This document shows, piece after piece, positions 46,001 through 56,027 of a stretch of DNA of 64,000 nt; position 1 is the stretch's first letter; every line of letters starts with the position of its first letter. The position numbers and the translations under genes are program-made. The notes beneath the pieces were generated by a model, which saw only the letters and a program-made list of their open reading frames with translations, made no database searches and was not told where the DNA came from. Source of the DNA: a virus (lineage: Duplodnaviria; Caudoviricetes); the IMG/VR virus record IMGVR_UViG_3300032007_000028, one strand, 5' to 3'.

Positions 46001-47671
46001 CTACATTGCATCTTGCGCACACTTAAGAATATATTTTTTGGAACCTGCTCCATAAATGCACGCAAACGAATTTTCCTTCAACTCTGCGTATTTGCTAGGC
46101 TGTCTGTTTACCACGCTTCTGTCCTTCAGCACCCACCATTTATTGGGGCCGGTGTATCCTATGAACTTCATGCCAGACGCCTCGTACCCTTTTCCATCGA
46201 ATTTGTTGAAATCGCAATAGCTGAATATCTCTTCGGGTCTGTTATTCTTTATAAAATGATGCAGTAGTTTCGAAACGCCGCCAACGACAATGTTGTTGGA
46301 ACCGGGACAACCTCTTATTATTTCCCAGCAAGAGTCGTTCTTCAGATTGCGATTGTATTTCGTTTTGCTGAACGACATCAACTGAACCAGATTCCCCTCG
46401 TGAAACAGACCATACGTTATCTGAGCGTTTCTGTGCCCTTGAAGATGGTTCGATTCGTTGAATATCTTCGCTTCCGCATTCGAAATCTCGCGTATTTCGC
46501 ACTGTCTGGCGTAGATTTTATTCTCATATTTGCCAACTGCGATGGAGAGCATCGATTTTATGACCTTGCACTTCGTCTCGTCTTCCCATTCGTGTTGATA
46601 TATCTGAATCAGACGAATTCCGTTCTTCTCGGCCATCTTAGCCTTGTTCAGATGATAGTTTTTATTCGCGATGCATAGACTCGAATGCCAATACGTTCCG
46701 TTTACCTCGATGCCTATCTTCTTTTCTGGCAAATACGCGTCCATTTCGTAGTAGTTGCCATCGTCGTCTCGAAGAATGCTCTTGCAGTTCGTTATTATCT
46801 GCCCATCGTAGATGCTTTTCAGAAATCCGATTACGTTCTGTTCCAGTATGGACGTTCCCTTCGAGTGATTCGTTCTCGCATACTCGTCGAACAACGGAAT
46901 ATATTTCTTACTGACATATGTATAAGTGTCCGATTTTCTAATCACGTCATCTATAATGGGTGTTTCGTTTCGATAATAACAATACGCGGTAAGTTGTTTC
47001 CTCGTCAGATTCTTTACGGCTATATAACCAATCGAATCGTAATAATCATCTCGTGCTTTTATTCGTTCCGCAAAGGACAGCTTCTTCGCTTTTCCCGGCA
47101 CAAAACCTTCCGGCACCTTATCATCCATCTTCAGTCTTATGTCGTTGACACCGTCAGTATACCAGAACAGTTTTCTCTTCATCGCGCATATCTTATACAC
47201 ATCTTTGTACAAGGTGCCTTTTACGAACCCGTCTGGTATCTCTTCATTCGGCCCAAAGTACTTATTGACTTTACCATTGTTGTACAGCGTCAATCCTGCC
47301 GTCGTCGATATGCCCATTCCAATTGAGTACCCGTTCTCGATTGCGTCGCCGGGCTTTATGAGTGTCTTCTTTTTCCCGTTGTTTACCCATACGTACCCTG
47401 ATGTACCGCTTCCGTAGTTGGTTCTGCCAGGATGATAATCTGCTGGTGCGCAACAGTCTTCAGACAACTGCAAATCGTCTTTTCCGTTTGTATACCAATG
47501 CTTCTCTAATTTAGGCGACCGCACGTCGAACAGCTTCAATGCGATAGCTCGCTCCTTCTTTGTGACACCATATTTCGAACATATATATTCGATACTGTGA
47601 ATCGCCAAGTCTTTCTTGAAGTCTTCTCCGTTTTCCGACTGCACGATGCCAAGAATTTTCTTCTTACCCAT
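46001..47671 (-). CDS. Putative homing endonuclease: WYxNG repeats + Vsr/DUF559-like nuclease + GNAT-like C-terminal domain
   Basis: WYTNG/WVNNG/LYNNG/WYTDG repeats; EMDAY...IGIEVNGTYWHS...IRLIQIYQHEW; IYARQC...NHLQG...GGVSKLL..F. Confidence 0.75.
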   Translation of the reverse strand: MGKKKILGIVQSENGEDFKKDLAIHSIEYICSKYGVTKKERAIALKLFDVRSPKLEKHWYTNGKDDLQLSEDCCAPADYHPGRTNYGSGTSGYVWVNNGKKKTLIKPGDAIENGYSIGMGISTTAGLTLYNNGKVNKYFGPNEEIPDGFVKGTLYKDVYKICAMKRKLFWYTDGVNDIRLKMDDKVPEGFVPGKAKKLSFAERIKARDDYYDSIGYIAVKNLTRKQLTAYCYYRNETPIIDDVIRKSDTYTYVSKKYIPLFDEYARTNHSKGTSILEQNVIGFLKSIYDGQIITNCKSILRDDDGNYYEMDAYLPEKKIGIEVNGTYWHSSLCIANKNYHLNKAKMAEKNGIRLIQIYQHEWEDETKCKVIKSMLSIAVGKYENKIYARQCEIREISNAEAKIFNESNHLQGHRNAQITYGLFHEGNLVQLMSFSKTKYNRNLKNDSCWEIIRGCPGSNNIVVGGVSKLLHHFIKNNRPEEIFSYCDFNKFDGKGYEASGMKFIGYTGPNKWWVLKDRSVVNRQPSKYAELKENSFACIYGAGSKKYILKCAQDAM

Positions 47672-47819
47672 TTATGCCATAATATGTCTCTAATATAAGA
47701 CGAACGACGTCGGACATCGTAACGTCTTTTTTGAATGCGTCTTCGCGAATGCGTTCTCTCAATTCCGACGATATTCTCATATTGAACTGCACTTCGTTTT
47801 TGTTCTGCTGTTTGGACAT
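47664..47819 (-). CDS. Arc/MetJ-type ribbon-helix-helix protein (51 aa, below ORF-track cutoff)
   Basis: MSKQQNKNEVQFNMRISSELRERIREDAFKKDVTMSDVVRLILETYYGING*; AAGGAG RBS. Confidence 0.8.
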   Translation of the reverse strand: MSKQQNKNEVQFNMRISSELRERIREDAFKKDVTMSDVVRLILETYYGING

Positions 47820-47847
47820 ATTTCTCCTTTCATATTACTTTAGCACA

Positions 47848-49449
47848 TTATTTTTGTAATACCGTATTACACTTAGTATACAATAGTACGTAGTCGTCGA
47901 ACTCTTTCGTGTCGATAATCGTAAGAATATCGCCGTCATCCGTTTTAATCGTATCTCCTACTTTTACGAGTTTTGACGAAACCCATTCGTCATTTACGCA
48001 AATTTCGTCGATTTTTGATACCTTGAAGCAATCATCATCTTCTTCTACTTGATGATAATTAGTCGAAGCTTTGAACATCATTCGTATTTCGTGATTCTTT
48101 GAAGGAATTTGTTGTAGATTCGGATTCGAACACGAGAAACGACCCGTAGCGGCCCCAACTTGATTGAACGAGCAGTGAACTCTCCCGTCCTTCTTGTTGA
48201 CGTAGTCTGGAATCTTGTCGATGAAGTTGTTTACGAGAGTCTTGAACGTCTTTCTTTCGAGAAGAATGCGTAAAATCGGAACGTCTCGCTCCTCTAGAAT
48301 CTGAGGAATCGTATTCTTATCAGTGCTTCTTGGTTTCTTTCTGTTGATTGGCGGAATCTTGAGGATGTCATAAATAAGAATCGCAAGTTGTGTCGGGGAT
48401 TCCAGATTGATTGGGTCTTCCAACTGCTCGGACTTCGTTTTGTTACCTATCAACGTCTGTGCGTCTTTCGTTTTTCGCCAATTTTCGATTAACGGCCTTA
48501 ATTTTGACATTTCGTCCATTATCGGCTTATCGTAATCGTCTAGAATCTTATGATACTTCACGCCAAGTCTGCTCGCGTAGTCTAAGTCCACTTCGATTCC
48601 GCAGTCTTCCATTTCCATGACGACTCTGAGACACGGAAACTCGACGTTCATCAGCAAATTGTAGATTCGTTCATTTTCCTTCTTCTCGAATTCGTGAAGT
48701 TGATACGAATAGAGCTGATAGGTCATCAACGCGTCGGTAGCAGAGTACAACGCGAACAGTTCTGGGTCGAAAATCGCATAACTTTCCTTCTCAAACAGAT
48801 GTTCAATGTCGTATTTGCCGTGGTCTTTGTCGATGTGAAGAATGTATTGTTCCTTAAGACTCGCAGGCTCGTTTTCGTTGAGAATCTGAGACGCAATCAT
48901 CGTATCCCAATGATACGGCACGTCGATTCCGCAAGTATGTCTGATGACGCGAATGTCGAATGATGCGTTGTGATAGATGACTTTGACTTTTGCTTCTACG
49001 ACACGGGAAAATTCCTCTTTGAGGTCGTTTTCCGTAAGTTGATTTGGCAAACGCTCGTTCGTCACACGATTGACGTGATGAATGGGAACGTACGCCTGCT
49101 TTTCATTGGGTGTATAAAGACATGCACCCATAATCAAACAGGTCAAAGGGTCCAACGAGTTGTTGGTTTCCGTGTCGAGCGCAAGAACGCCGTTTTCGAT
49201 GCACTTAGAAATGTATCTGTGCAGTTCGTCTCTGTCACGAATGACCTCTGTGTCGTCTTTGTGTTTACCTAAAATGGCCATGACGTTTGATTCAATCACG
49301 GCCATTTTATCTTCCAATGACAACTTCGATGAAATCTTCTTCGTGCTAGAGACTTTTTTGGGGGAATTGATTTTGTCGAGAAGTTTCTCTGTGTCGTTGA
49401 CTGGCAACGAGAACTCCTCGCCCCACAATAAACTCTCTTTAGCTGTCAT
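47848..49449 (-). CDS. polA: DNA polymerase A N-terminal fragment (3'-5' exonuclease + thumb) with Hint-like C-terminal tail
   Basis: ALDTET, YHNASFD, YSATDA; NLESPTQL, TGRFSCSNPNLQQIP...IRMMFKA then 72 non-Pol residues. Confidence 0.9.
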   Translation of the reverse strand: MTAKESLLWGEEFSLPVNDTEKLLDKINSPKKVSSTKKISSKLSLEDKMAVIESNVMAILGKHKDDTEVIRDRDELHRYISKCIENGVLALDTETNNSLDPLTCLIMGACLYTPNEKQAYVPIHHVNRVTNERLPNQLTENDLKEEFSRVVEAKVKVIYHNASFDIRVIRHTCGIDVPYHWDTMIASQILNENEPASLKEQYILHIDKDHGKYDIEHLFEKESYAIFDPELFALYSATDALMTYQLYSYQLHEFEKKENERIYNLLMNVEFPCLRVVMEMEDCGIEVDLDYASRLGVKYHKILDDYDKPIMDEMSKLRPLIENWRKTKDAQTLIGNKTKSEQLEDPINLESPTQLAILIYDILKIPPINRKKPRSTDKNTIPQILEERDVPILRILLERKTFKTLVNNFIDKIPDYVNKKDGRVHCSFNQVGAATGRFSCSNPNLQQIPSKNHEIRMMFKASTNYHQVEEDDDCFKVSKIDEICVNDEWVSSKLVKVGDTIKTDDGDILTIIDTKEFDDYVLLYTKCNTVLQK

Positions 49450-49488
49450 ATCATATATTATATAACGGGTTACGGTATAAGTCTACGA

Positions 49489-50352
49489 TTATTTATAGTC
49501 GTAGGTACGACGGGGTCTTGCGACTGTCGGGTCGTTTGCACCACCAACTGCGGTGTCGAAGCGACGTTGGGGAATCTCTTCCTGAACGGGCTGGCGAGCC
49601 ATGGTCGCGTCGCCCATCACGCTCACGTCTACCTTCGGTTTCTGCTCGGTATATTCGTACTTCGCAGTTTGCTGAGGATAAGTCTGTGTTTGCGTGACTT
49701 TGATTTCCTCGTTGTTGGCTTGAGGCGCATGCTTTGTAAACGTACCCGTTTCTAGAATCTCGTTCATCTCATCGAAGGTACGTTCCATGTACGAATGATG
49801 ATTGAGTTCGAAGCCATCGAAACCAGAGAAGTCTTTCACAAAACCAGCTTCTTCGCTGTACATGGCGGGATTCTTGAACATGATGTCATAAGACACCTTC
49901 ATGTCGCCTTTCGCCCCACGACGAACGACTTTGAAGACGACGTCGCGTAAATCGCCATATTCGCGAAGATAGGATTCGAGCGTCTTTGCGAAGAACGCGG
50001 GACGTTCCCACACCTTGGGGGTGACTGTGACTTTGCCTTGTTCGTCGGTGGCGTATTCGAGCAAGCGAACGAACATTTTGGCAGAGCGTTTTTCACCAGC
50101 TTCGCAAAGAGGGCATTTGCTTAATGGTTCCTTTGCGGTGCGTAAACACGCGATGGTGCGGAACTTATCATCGACTTTGACGCGATGAACGTCGACGAAT
50201 TCGAATTCGTTGGTTGAAGAATAGGCGAATCGAACGATGGCGCTGGATTCGTTGTCAGGAAGAGAGAAGTACCCGACCTTGCGTTCATTGCGATTGCTGG
50301 ATGCACGATTCTCTTCCATGGTTTTGTAGGTTTCGTAAGTGTAGATTCCCAT
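49489..50352 (-). CDS. Single-stranded DNA-binding protein (gp32-like)
   Basis: H...C...CPLC zinc site, KVWER, R.G.KGD...Y; replication module. Confidence 0.7.
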   Translation of the reverse strand: MGIYTYETYKTMEENRASSNRNERKVGYFSLPDNESSAIVRFAYSSTNEFEFVDVHRVKVDDKFRTIACLRTAKEPLSKCPLCEAGEKRSAKMFVRLLEYATDEQGKVTVTPKVWERPAFFAKTLESYLREYGDLRDVVFKVVRRGAKGDMKVSYDIMFKNPAMYSEEAGFVKDFSGFDGFELNHHSYMERTFDEMNEILETGTFTKHAPQANNEEIKVTQTQTYPQQTAKYEYTEQKPKVDVSVMGDATMARQPVQEEIPQRRFDTAVGGANDPTVARPRRTYDYK

Positions 50353-50397
50353 GATTATCCTCTTTTCTGCTTTGTTGCGCTTTATATTATACAAGGC

Positions 50398-50838
50398 TCA
50401 TCGCATACCCGTCGAGCCCATTCTTCCCTCGCCACGTTCTGTCGTGTACAATTCGTCTGTAGTGAACAGCGAGAAGTTTGGTATGCTGAGAAATACGAGT
50501 TGGCTTATTTTATCGCCCTTTCGCACGATGTAATCGTCGTCAGAATTGTTATACAGTTTGATGATAATCGGCCCCGTATAGCCAGCGTCGATTACGCCTT
50601 CGTTCACTATCGAATATTTGCAGTTCATTCCGCTTTTCGATTTAAGAAACCCGACATAACCACTCGGTATCTGAATGTGAACTCCAGTATCGAACACACA
50701 ACTTGAGTGCGCTTTTACGACCTCGTCAGTTCTGCTGTACATGTCGAATCCCGCGTCGTCTTCGTGCGCTTTCGTTGGGGCTTTCGCCCCGTCGTCCAGT
50801 TTCATCCTCACGAAGATTGTAGGTCTAATGTTTTCCAT
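50398..50838 (-). CDS. dut: Trimeric dUTPase
   Basis: DAGFD, KSG, GVIDAGYTG, ISQLV, RGEGRMGSTG. Confidence 0.95.
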   Translation of the reverse strand: MENIRPTIFVRMKLDDGAKAPTKAHEDDAGFDMYSRTDEVVKAHSSCVFDTGVHIQIPSGYVGFLKSKSGMNCKYSIVNEGVIDAGYTGPIIIKLYNNSDDDYIVRKGDKISQLVFLSIPNFSLFTTDELYTTERGEGRMGSTGMR

Positions 50839-51799
50839 ATATCTTCTTCCATTCGTCAGACCCGATTATCGGCAAAGCGTCGAATTCGCTTTCCGTCAAG
50901 TCGTTGACGTCCTTTCCCTCTTTCATCAATATAATGTCTACGAACACGTCTTTGCGTATGTTCTTAAGGAATCTGTCGATTCCCTTTCTGCCAGCGTCGT
51001 CGCCATCGAAGCACAGATAATAATGTCTTATTTGACTTTTATTCAGTAAGTCGTATTGATACGACGTACCAGTCCCGAACAGCGCGATTGATGGGATGCC
51101 CCATCCCCATGCCGTCAGACAGTTCATCTGAGACTCTACGACCGTGACTTCTTTGATTCCGTTCCTCTTCACGACGTTGAGCAGATATACGGGCTTCTCT
51201 TTGTTGGAGTCAATCATGAACGCCTTCGATTCCACGCTTCGTCTCGTGAACATGTACAGATTGTCGTCTTCGTCCCATACGGGGAATACTATGCTTTTCG
51301 TCTTTGGGTCGTACTTGACGCCGAATCGTTCGCAGACTGCTCTCGACAGCTTTCTCTTTTCCATATAAGGATGCCAAGACTGCATCGAGTTCAATACGGA
51401 CGAGTCGATGAATTCTTTTTTGGTTTCGCCCAACTCTATCGCTTCCAACTCAAGGGGTCTGTCTACGAGCGTGTTTCCGAATCTGCTCAACAGCCATCTT
51501 TTTCCGAACTCGTCGTCAGCATCGAAGCACTCACCGACGAAATGATACAACGGTCCACGCTCTCCGCACGTGAAGCAATACATCGTACCGTATTCGACGT
51601 CTTTCGATGAACCACAGTAGACATGACACGACGGATGATTCTCTCTGCCGTCTTTGTGATGCGGGCAAGTCACGAAATAGTTGTCACCATTTCGTTCATA
51701 CGCACGAAGTTTGCCATTCGTCAGTTCTGACTTAATCGTTCTGAGAATGTTCTCGATTGGTTCGTCAATCAAACGACCATCTATAATCAAATCTGACAT
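50825..51799 (-). CDS. dnaG: DNA primase (CHC2 zinc finger + TOPRIM)
   Basis: CPHH...CFTC, VVES, CFDGDDAG, KDVND. Confidence 0.9.
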   Translation of the reverse strand: MSDLIIDGRLIDEPIENILRTIKSELTNGKLRAYERNGDNYFVTCPHHKDGRENHPSCHVYCGSSKDVEYGTMYCFTCGERGPLYHFVGECFDADDEFGKRWLLSRFGNTLVDRPLELEAIELGETKKEFIDSSVLNSMQSWHPYMEKRKLSRAVCERFGVKYDPKTKSIVFPVWDEDDNLYMFTRRSVESKAFMIDSNKEKPVYLLNVVKRNGIKEVTVVESQMNCLTAWGWGIPSIALFGTGTSYQYDLLNKSQIRHYYLCFDGDDAGRKGIDRFLKNIRKDVFVDIILMKEGKDVNDLTESEFDALPIIGSDEWKKIYGKH

Positions 51800-53064
51800 C
51801 AGAAGCAATCCTCGCCTTCGACCCCGTATCTGCTTTCGAGTTGTTCGGGCTGCACGCTTACTCCGTCGTCTTCGTTCGGAATGAACACGAATTCGCCCTT
51901 GTTCAAATCGACTTTATACGTCAGCACGTTGCCGTTTGCCGTGTCGCGGGATTTCACGAGCGTCAATTTCATGATATCGTTGTCCTTTTCGATGAACACG
52001 ATGAGCGTACTGTCTTGACCGATTCTATCGGACTGCGCGATTTGGGTGGTGTCTACGTTGCCACTTTCGGTGGTCGTTCTGTTCTGCTGAGATACGCTGA
52101 TAATCGGAATGCGTTTCATCACTTGCAACAACTTAAGGTCTTTGGAGATGTTGCTCATCTTCTCAACGGGAGTTTTGCCCCTACGAGCGTCCTCCAACAA
52201 TGACAACTGGTCGATGAACAGAATGTCCAAATGCTCTTTCTCTATGAATGCACGTAACGCATTGACGTCGGCTGGACCCGCAATCGTGTTCGGCGTGATT
52301 ACCTTAATGGAGCCCTTGAACATCGTGGGTAACGCTTCGATATACGCACGATACTCATTCATCACACTTTCGTTGCCATGAACGAGCGCGCCATTGCTGA
52401 TGTGACCAATCAACGTATCGAGACGATAGCCAACCTTGCGCTCGCTCATTTCACCGCTGTAGATACCGACGTTGAGACCTTGAGCGCAGGCTGCGCTTGC
52501 GCACTTCAACAGAATCCACGACTTACCATAGTTCGTGCGAGCGACAATTGTAGCTAGTTCTTCTTCCCTGTCGAAGCCGCCGATGATAGCGTCAAGTTCG
52601 CGAAAACCAGTAGAAACATAGTACTTATCAAGTTGCTTGGTCCTATCTACGTAGGCATCGTATCTGCTGACGTCTTTCAGCAAGTCCACGCTTGTGATTG
52701 CGGAGCCCGATTTCAAAGTCTCTTGAGACGTTCTGTAAAGACTCATCGCTTCATCCACTTTATCGGAAAGAAGAAGCGTTTTGATTCGATTGAATATCTC
52801 GGCCAGCCTACGTGTGTTGTAATCGTCTTCCAAAGTGGCGAGAAGATACGAATCGCTCTCATTCACCTCGATGACGTCGAAGTTCTTGAATTTATCGACG
52901 AAGGTGGCCAAATCGCATACGTTGCCATATTTCTGATAGTGCTCTAAGATGAATCTGAACTCATTCTTATAATCGGAAAAATAGTCCTCGTTGAGGTTAT
53001 TGAGAGTGACCATCGACAGGTCACCACTTCTGAGAATCCTATTCAATACTTGAAGTTGTATCAT
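51799..53064 (-). CDS. dnaB: Replicative DnaB-like helicase
   Basis: TGF.ELD..IGG, ARTNYGKS, SGEMS, FIDQL, SQQNR, IGQDS, KSRD. Confidence 0.92.
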   Translation of the reverse strand: MIQLQVLNRILRSGDLSMVTLNNLNEDYFSDYKNEFRFILEHYQKYGNVCDLATFVDKFKNFDVIEVNESDSYLLATLEDDYNTRRLAEIFNRIKTLLLSDKVDEAMSLYRTSQETLKSGSAITSVDLLKDVSRYDAYVDRTKQLDKYYVSTGFRELDAIIGGFDREEELATIVARTNYGKSWILLKCASAACAQGLNVGIYSGEMSERKVGYRLDTLIGHISNGALVHGNESVMNEYRAYIEALPTMFKGSIKVITPNTIAGPADVNALRAFIEKEHLDILFIDQLSLLEDARRGKTPVEKMSNISKDLKLLQVMKRIPIISVSQQNRTTTESGNVDTTQIAQSDRIGQDSTLIVFIEKDNDIMKLTLVKSRDTANGNVLTYKVDLNKGEFVFIPNEDDGVSVQPEQLESRYGVEGEDCF

Positions 53065-53074
53065 CCTTTACGCC

Positions 53075-53758
53075 TCACAGTCTCAATGCGCGTTTATCCG
53101 CGCCAAACAATTCCACGTCGTCGGAGTTGAGAACGATTCTGGAGTAGAGTCTGTCCCCAACGGCCGAGTGAAGTTCTTCGTTCGTCAGATTGGACGTGAA
53201 TATGTTCGCTTTACCACAATCCAATCGAGTGTTCAGAAAGTTCAATACGTTCTCGTGTTCGAACTGCGTCAGACCTTTCGTGCCGACTTCGTCCCATACG
53301 ACGAGATGAGCGTTCGCTATGTTCGACTTTATTCTCGTAACATAGTCGCTCTTGCTGTCGATATTGTTCTTCAACTCAACGAGCAGTCTAGGTACGTGCA
53401 CGAACAACACGATACAATCGTCTACGCGCGCCTTTGCCCACATCTTATTCACGTAAGCTTGCAACATACGCAAAGCCCACGAAGTCTTACCGTTTCCAGT
53501 GGTCGTGGAATGAATGTAAAGATTACCACCAGACTCGACGAAGTTCACGATGTGCTTCTCGATTCCAGCGAGATACTCGAACGAATCGGCATCTCGTTCG
53601 TCTGCGTCGAGAACGAGCGAAGTCCTTCGTCTCTGCTTTTCCGATAGCATGCCGTTATCGTATAGTCTTTCCGTTTTGTATCGCCTAAGACAAAAGCAAT
53701 CACAGTCGATGTGATTGCATCTGTCGATTAGCGTGCAGTTCTTGTTTTCGTCAATCAT
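53075..53758 (-). CDS. DnaC/IstB-like helicase loader ATPase
   Basis: TGNGKT, VWDEVG, IFTSNL, GDRLYSRI; N-terminal Cys cluster. Confidence 0.85.
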   Translation of the reverse strand: MIDENKNCTLIDRCNHIDCDCFCLRRYKTERLYDNGMLSEKQRRRTSLVLDADERDADSFEYLAGIEKHIVNFVESGGNLYIHSTTTGNGKTSWALRMLQAYVNKMWAKARVDDCIVLFVHVPRLLVELKNNIDSKSDYVTRIKSNIANAHLVVWDEVGTKGLTQFEHENVLNFLNTRLDCGKANIFTSNLTNEELHSAVGDRLYSRIVLNSDDVELFGADKRALRL

Positions 53759-53771
53759 GTCTTATATTATA

Positions 53772-54239
53772 TCAGCGTTGGCATTCAAACCAGCGTTCTT
53801 TGTCGCAATATCTCGAACCATCGAGCGTGAAGTGGGCGTCTGAGCGACTGTTGAGCCACGCGGTCTTGATGAACGCGGTGCCATCGTATTTGCCAAGTCC
53901 CTTGTTCCATTTCGGCGCAATCACGACGACGAGGTCCTGATTTGCCCCATATGGGATGCGAACGCAGTATTTCGTGACGAGCCAGCCAGCGACGCCGAAG
54001 TCGTAATAGCCTTTGGAGTACTCGATTTCGAACGCTTCGAAGGTTTCGGTCTTGAGTCGTTCAAGACAGTTGATGACCGCCTGACCAAGATAGTCGTGGC
54101 TTCTGTCTTCGCGATTCGACACGTGCTCTTGAAGATGTCGAGAAAGTTCGTAGTCTTTGAACGAGCTTTCAGCGAGTTTTAGTTTCTCGTCGATGCCATT
54201 TGGGTAGAACACGTCTTTGTGGAACAGTAATGAGAACAT
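53772..54239 (-). CDS. Hypothetical protein
   Basis: 155 aa; SRHL...KTAWLN...H.TLD; own promoter TTGACG..TATACT. Confidence 0.6.
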   Translation of the reverse strand: MFSLLFHKDVFYPNGIDEKLKLAESSFKDYELSRHLQEHVSNREDRSHDYLGQAVINCLERLKTETFEAFEIEYSKGYYDFGVAGWLVTKYCVRIPYGANQDLVVVIAPKWNKGLGKYDGTAFIKTAWLNSRSDAHFTLDGSRYCDKERWFECQR

Positions 54240-54297
54240 TTTGATTACCTCTTGTTTATCTACTAATAAGTATATAGAGACAACTCGACTTCGTCAA

Positions 54298-55014
54298 CTA
54301 AAACCTTTTCGAGCTTATGCTTTCTCGCGAAGCCACGTTCAACTCGCTCTTACGCGTGGGACCAAGATTCAACGCGCTCTGCTTCTCGAACGCGTCAATC
54401 GCCCACAGGCAGTTGGAATACTGATTTGCGATTGCCAAGTCGATGATTGCGTCAATCTTCTTCTGGTCGTCTTTGGCGTACGTCAGAAGCGTCTTCTGAA
54501 ACATCTCGACCGTATCCTTCGTTATCTTCCTCGACGAAGACAGAGAGTCAACCCATTTGCACAGCGACTGCTTGATGGCTTCATCGTCGACGGTTATGTG
54601 ATTCTTCAGTGCGTTGTTGATGCGTACTTTCTTCGAACGTTTTGCGTCTCCGTTCAATTTCTTCAAAGAAGTTTTTATTTCGTTGACGAATTTGCTATCG
54701 TTTCTCGTAAGCAACTCCGCCTCCCGCTTTACGTCAATCGAACACCAAGCGACGTCGTTTTCAATCACACACTCAACCCAATTGACCGCAGACAGCACAT
54801 TCAGCGCGTTTTTGACTTCGGTCGAAGACAGCGACGTATCGTTCGACAGGTCTGAAATCATGACGCCGAATTTTCCCTTCATGTCGTCCCGTCTCAATGC
54901 GCTGGAACTTTTCGCATAGACATTGAGAATCGTTGCGCACACAGTCGCGTTAAGACCGATTCGCTTCGCGACTTTCATGCTTACTCTGATGAACTCGTAA
55001 TCATCAAGCGACAT
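54298..55014 (-). CDS. Putative replication initiator (N-terminal wHTH)
   Basis: VAKRIGLNA...LSNDTSLS..EVKNALNVL...WVE; upstream of DnaC/DnaB. Confidence 0.5.
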   Translation of the reverse strand: MSLDDYEFIRVSMKVAKRIGLNATVCATILNVYAKSSSALRRDDMKGKFGVMISDLSNDTSLSSTEVKNALNVLSAVNWVECVIENDVAWCSIDVKREAELLTRNDSKFVNEIKTSLKKLNGDAKRSKKVRINNALKNHITVDDEAIKQSLCKWVDSLSSSRKITKDTVEMFQKTLLTYAKDDQKKIDAIIDLAIANQYSNCLWAIDAFEKQSALNLGPTRKSELNVASRESISSKRF

Positions 55015-55927
55015 ATGAACTCAACTCCTCGCTTTGACGAAGACTGCGCATGCCGTCGTTGATGGTCGCACACAACTTGCGATGATTCATGCGAGCGAGA
55101 CTATTCACGACGTTTTTCACGTCTTCGTAACTGCATCCGTATTTGTATGCGAATCTGGCGATGAACGAGTCGTCGAGATTCTCCACGTGGTCGATGAGCT
55201 GTTGCTTGGAGAACGTCCAGTACGAACGATACATACCAGTATCGACTTCGTTTCCCTCTTCATCGTGAAGAACGATTGTACCAGACTTGTCCTTCCGCTG
55301 ATTGAACACGTCGTAATTCAAGATTGAATCGACGATAATCGCTTCGAGGTATTCGCGTTTGATGAGAAGTTTTTCGACGATGTCGGAACAAGACACGTCA
55401 CCGATGAAGTCTTCAGTTTCGCCAATCGTATCTTCGAGGGTCCTCGACTCATCGACTGCATCGTTGAGGATGGACAGCCCCTGCATCATTTCATTCTTCT
55501 TGAAGTTGGAGAATTGATAGAATCTGGCACGGGCCGACGAAATAGCCTGATTGATGCATTTCTCGGCGCCACGCTTGTCTTTGCTGATGGACTTATTATC
55601 GTCTTCCCAAGATTGATAATGACACGCCTTCTCGATGCCGTCATACACCCACGAGATGACGTCGTAGATTGATACGTTCTTGCTGTTCGAGCTTTTCTGA
55701 TATAGATAGGGTACGACGTGCCAATAACGCACCATAAGGGCGGACAGATATTGGGACTTCGCGATTTCGTCTTTGCGCTTTCTGGCGTCGCAATATCCAT
55801 TAGCCAATTCCGTGATATCATACGGAACGTCTTCTTTTTGACCCACGATGAACCCGTCGATTGACGAGGCCGACGATACGAATTGTGAGTACATCGTCGA
55901 GAACGTGTATTTGTCTTCTTTTGTCAT
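55004..55927 (-). CDS. Putative phage sigma-70-like factor
   Basis: Region-2-like LMVRYWHVV...DVISWVYDGIEKAC.Y..W; driven by sigmaA promoter. Confidence 0.45.
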   Translation of the reverse strand: MTKEDKYTFSTMYSQFVSSASSIDGFIVGQKEDVPYDITELANGYCDARKRKDEIAKSQYLSALMVRYWHVVPYLYQKSSNSKNVSIYDVISWVYDGIEKACHYQSWEDDNKSISKDKRGAEKCINQAISSARARFYQFSNFKKNEMMQGLSILNDAVDESRTLEDTIGETEDFIGDVSCSDIVEKLLIKREYLEAIIVDSILNYDVFNQRKDKSGTIVLHDEEGNEVDTGMYRSYWTFSKQQLIDHVENLDDSFIARFAYKYGCSYEDVKNVVNSLARMNHRKLCATINDGMRSLRQSEELSSYVA

Positions 55928-55960
55928 GATTGATTCCTCCAAAGATGTCTACGACTACAC

Positions 55961-55988
55961 ATTATAGTCGTTTTTCGTCGATTGTCAA
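55961..55988 (-). promoter_or_regulatory. sigmaA-type promoter TTGACA-16-TATAAT
   Basis: Direct read of minus strand. Confidence 0.75.
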
Positions 55989-56000
55989 CTAGAGAAAATC

Positions 56001-56027
56001 AAAAAGACAAGCGATTACTTGTCTTTT
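56001..56027. terminator. Bidirectional intrinsic terminator
   Basis: AAAAGACAAG-cgatta-CTTGTCTTTT. Confidence 0.75.

Noticed and set aside
47697-47735. Frameshift or plus-strand terminator at the A6 run
   Set aside because: The run is six bases and keeps the RHH gene in frame; the hairpin is weak and inside a CDS
45854-47850. Conventional group I or II intron in polA
   Set aside because: The insert is only 12 nt; no P7/R-S core or domain V is recognisable around the endonuclease; the C-fragment has its own promoter and RBS
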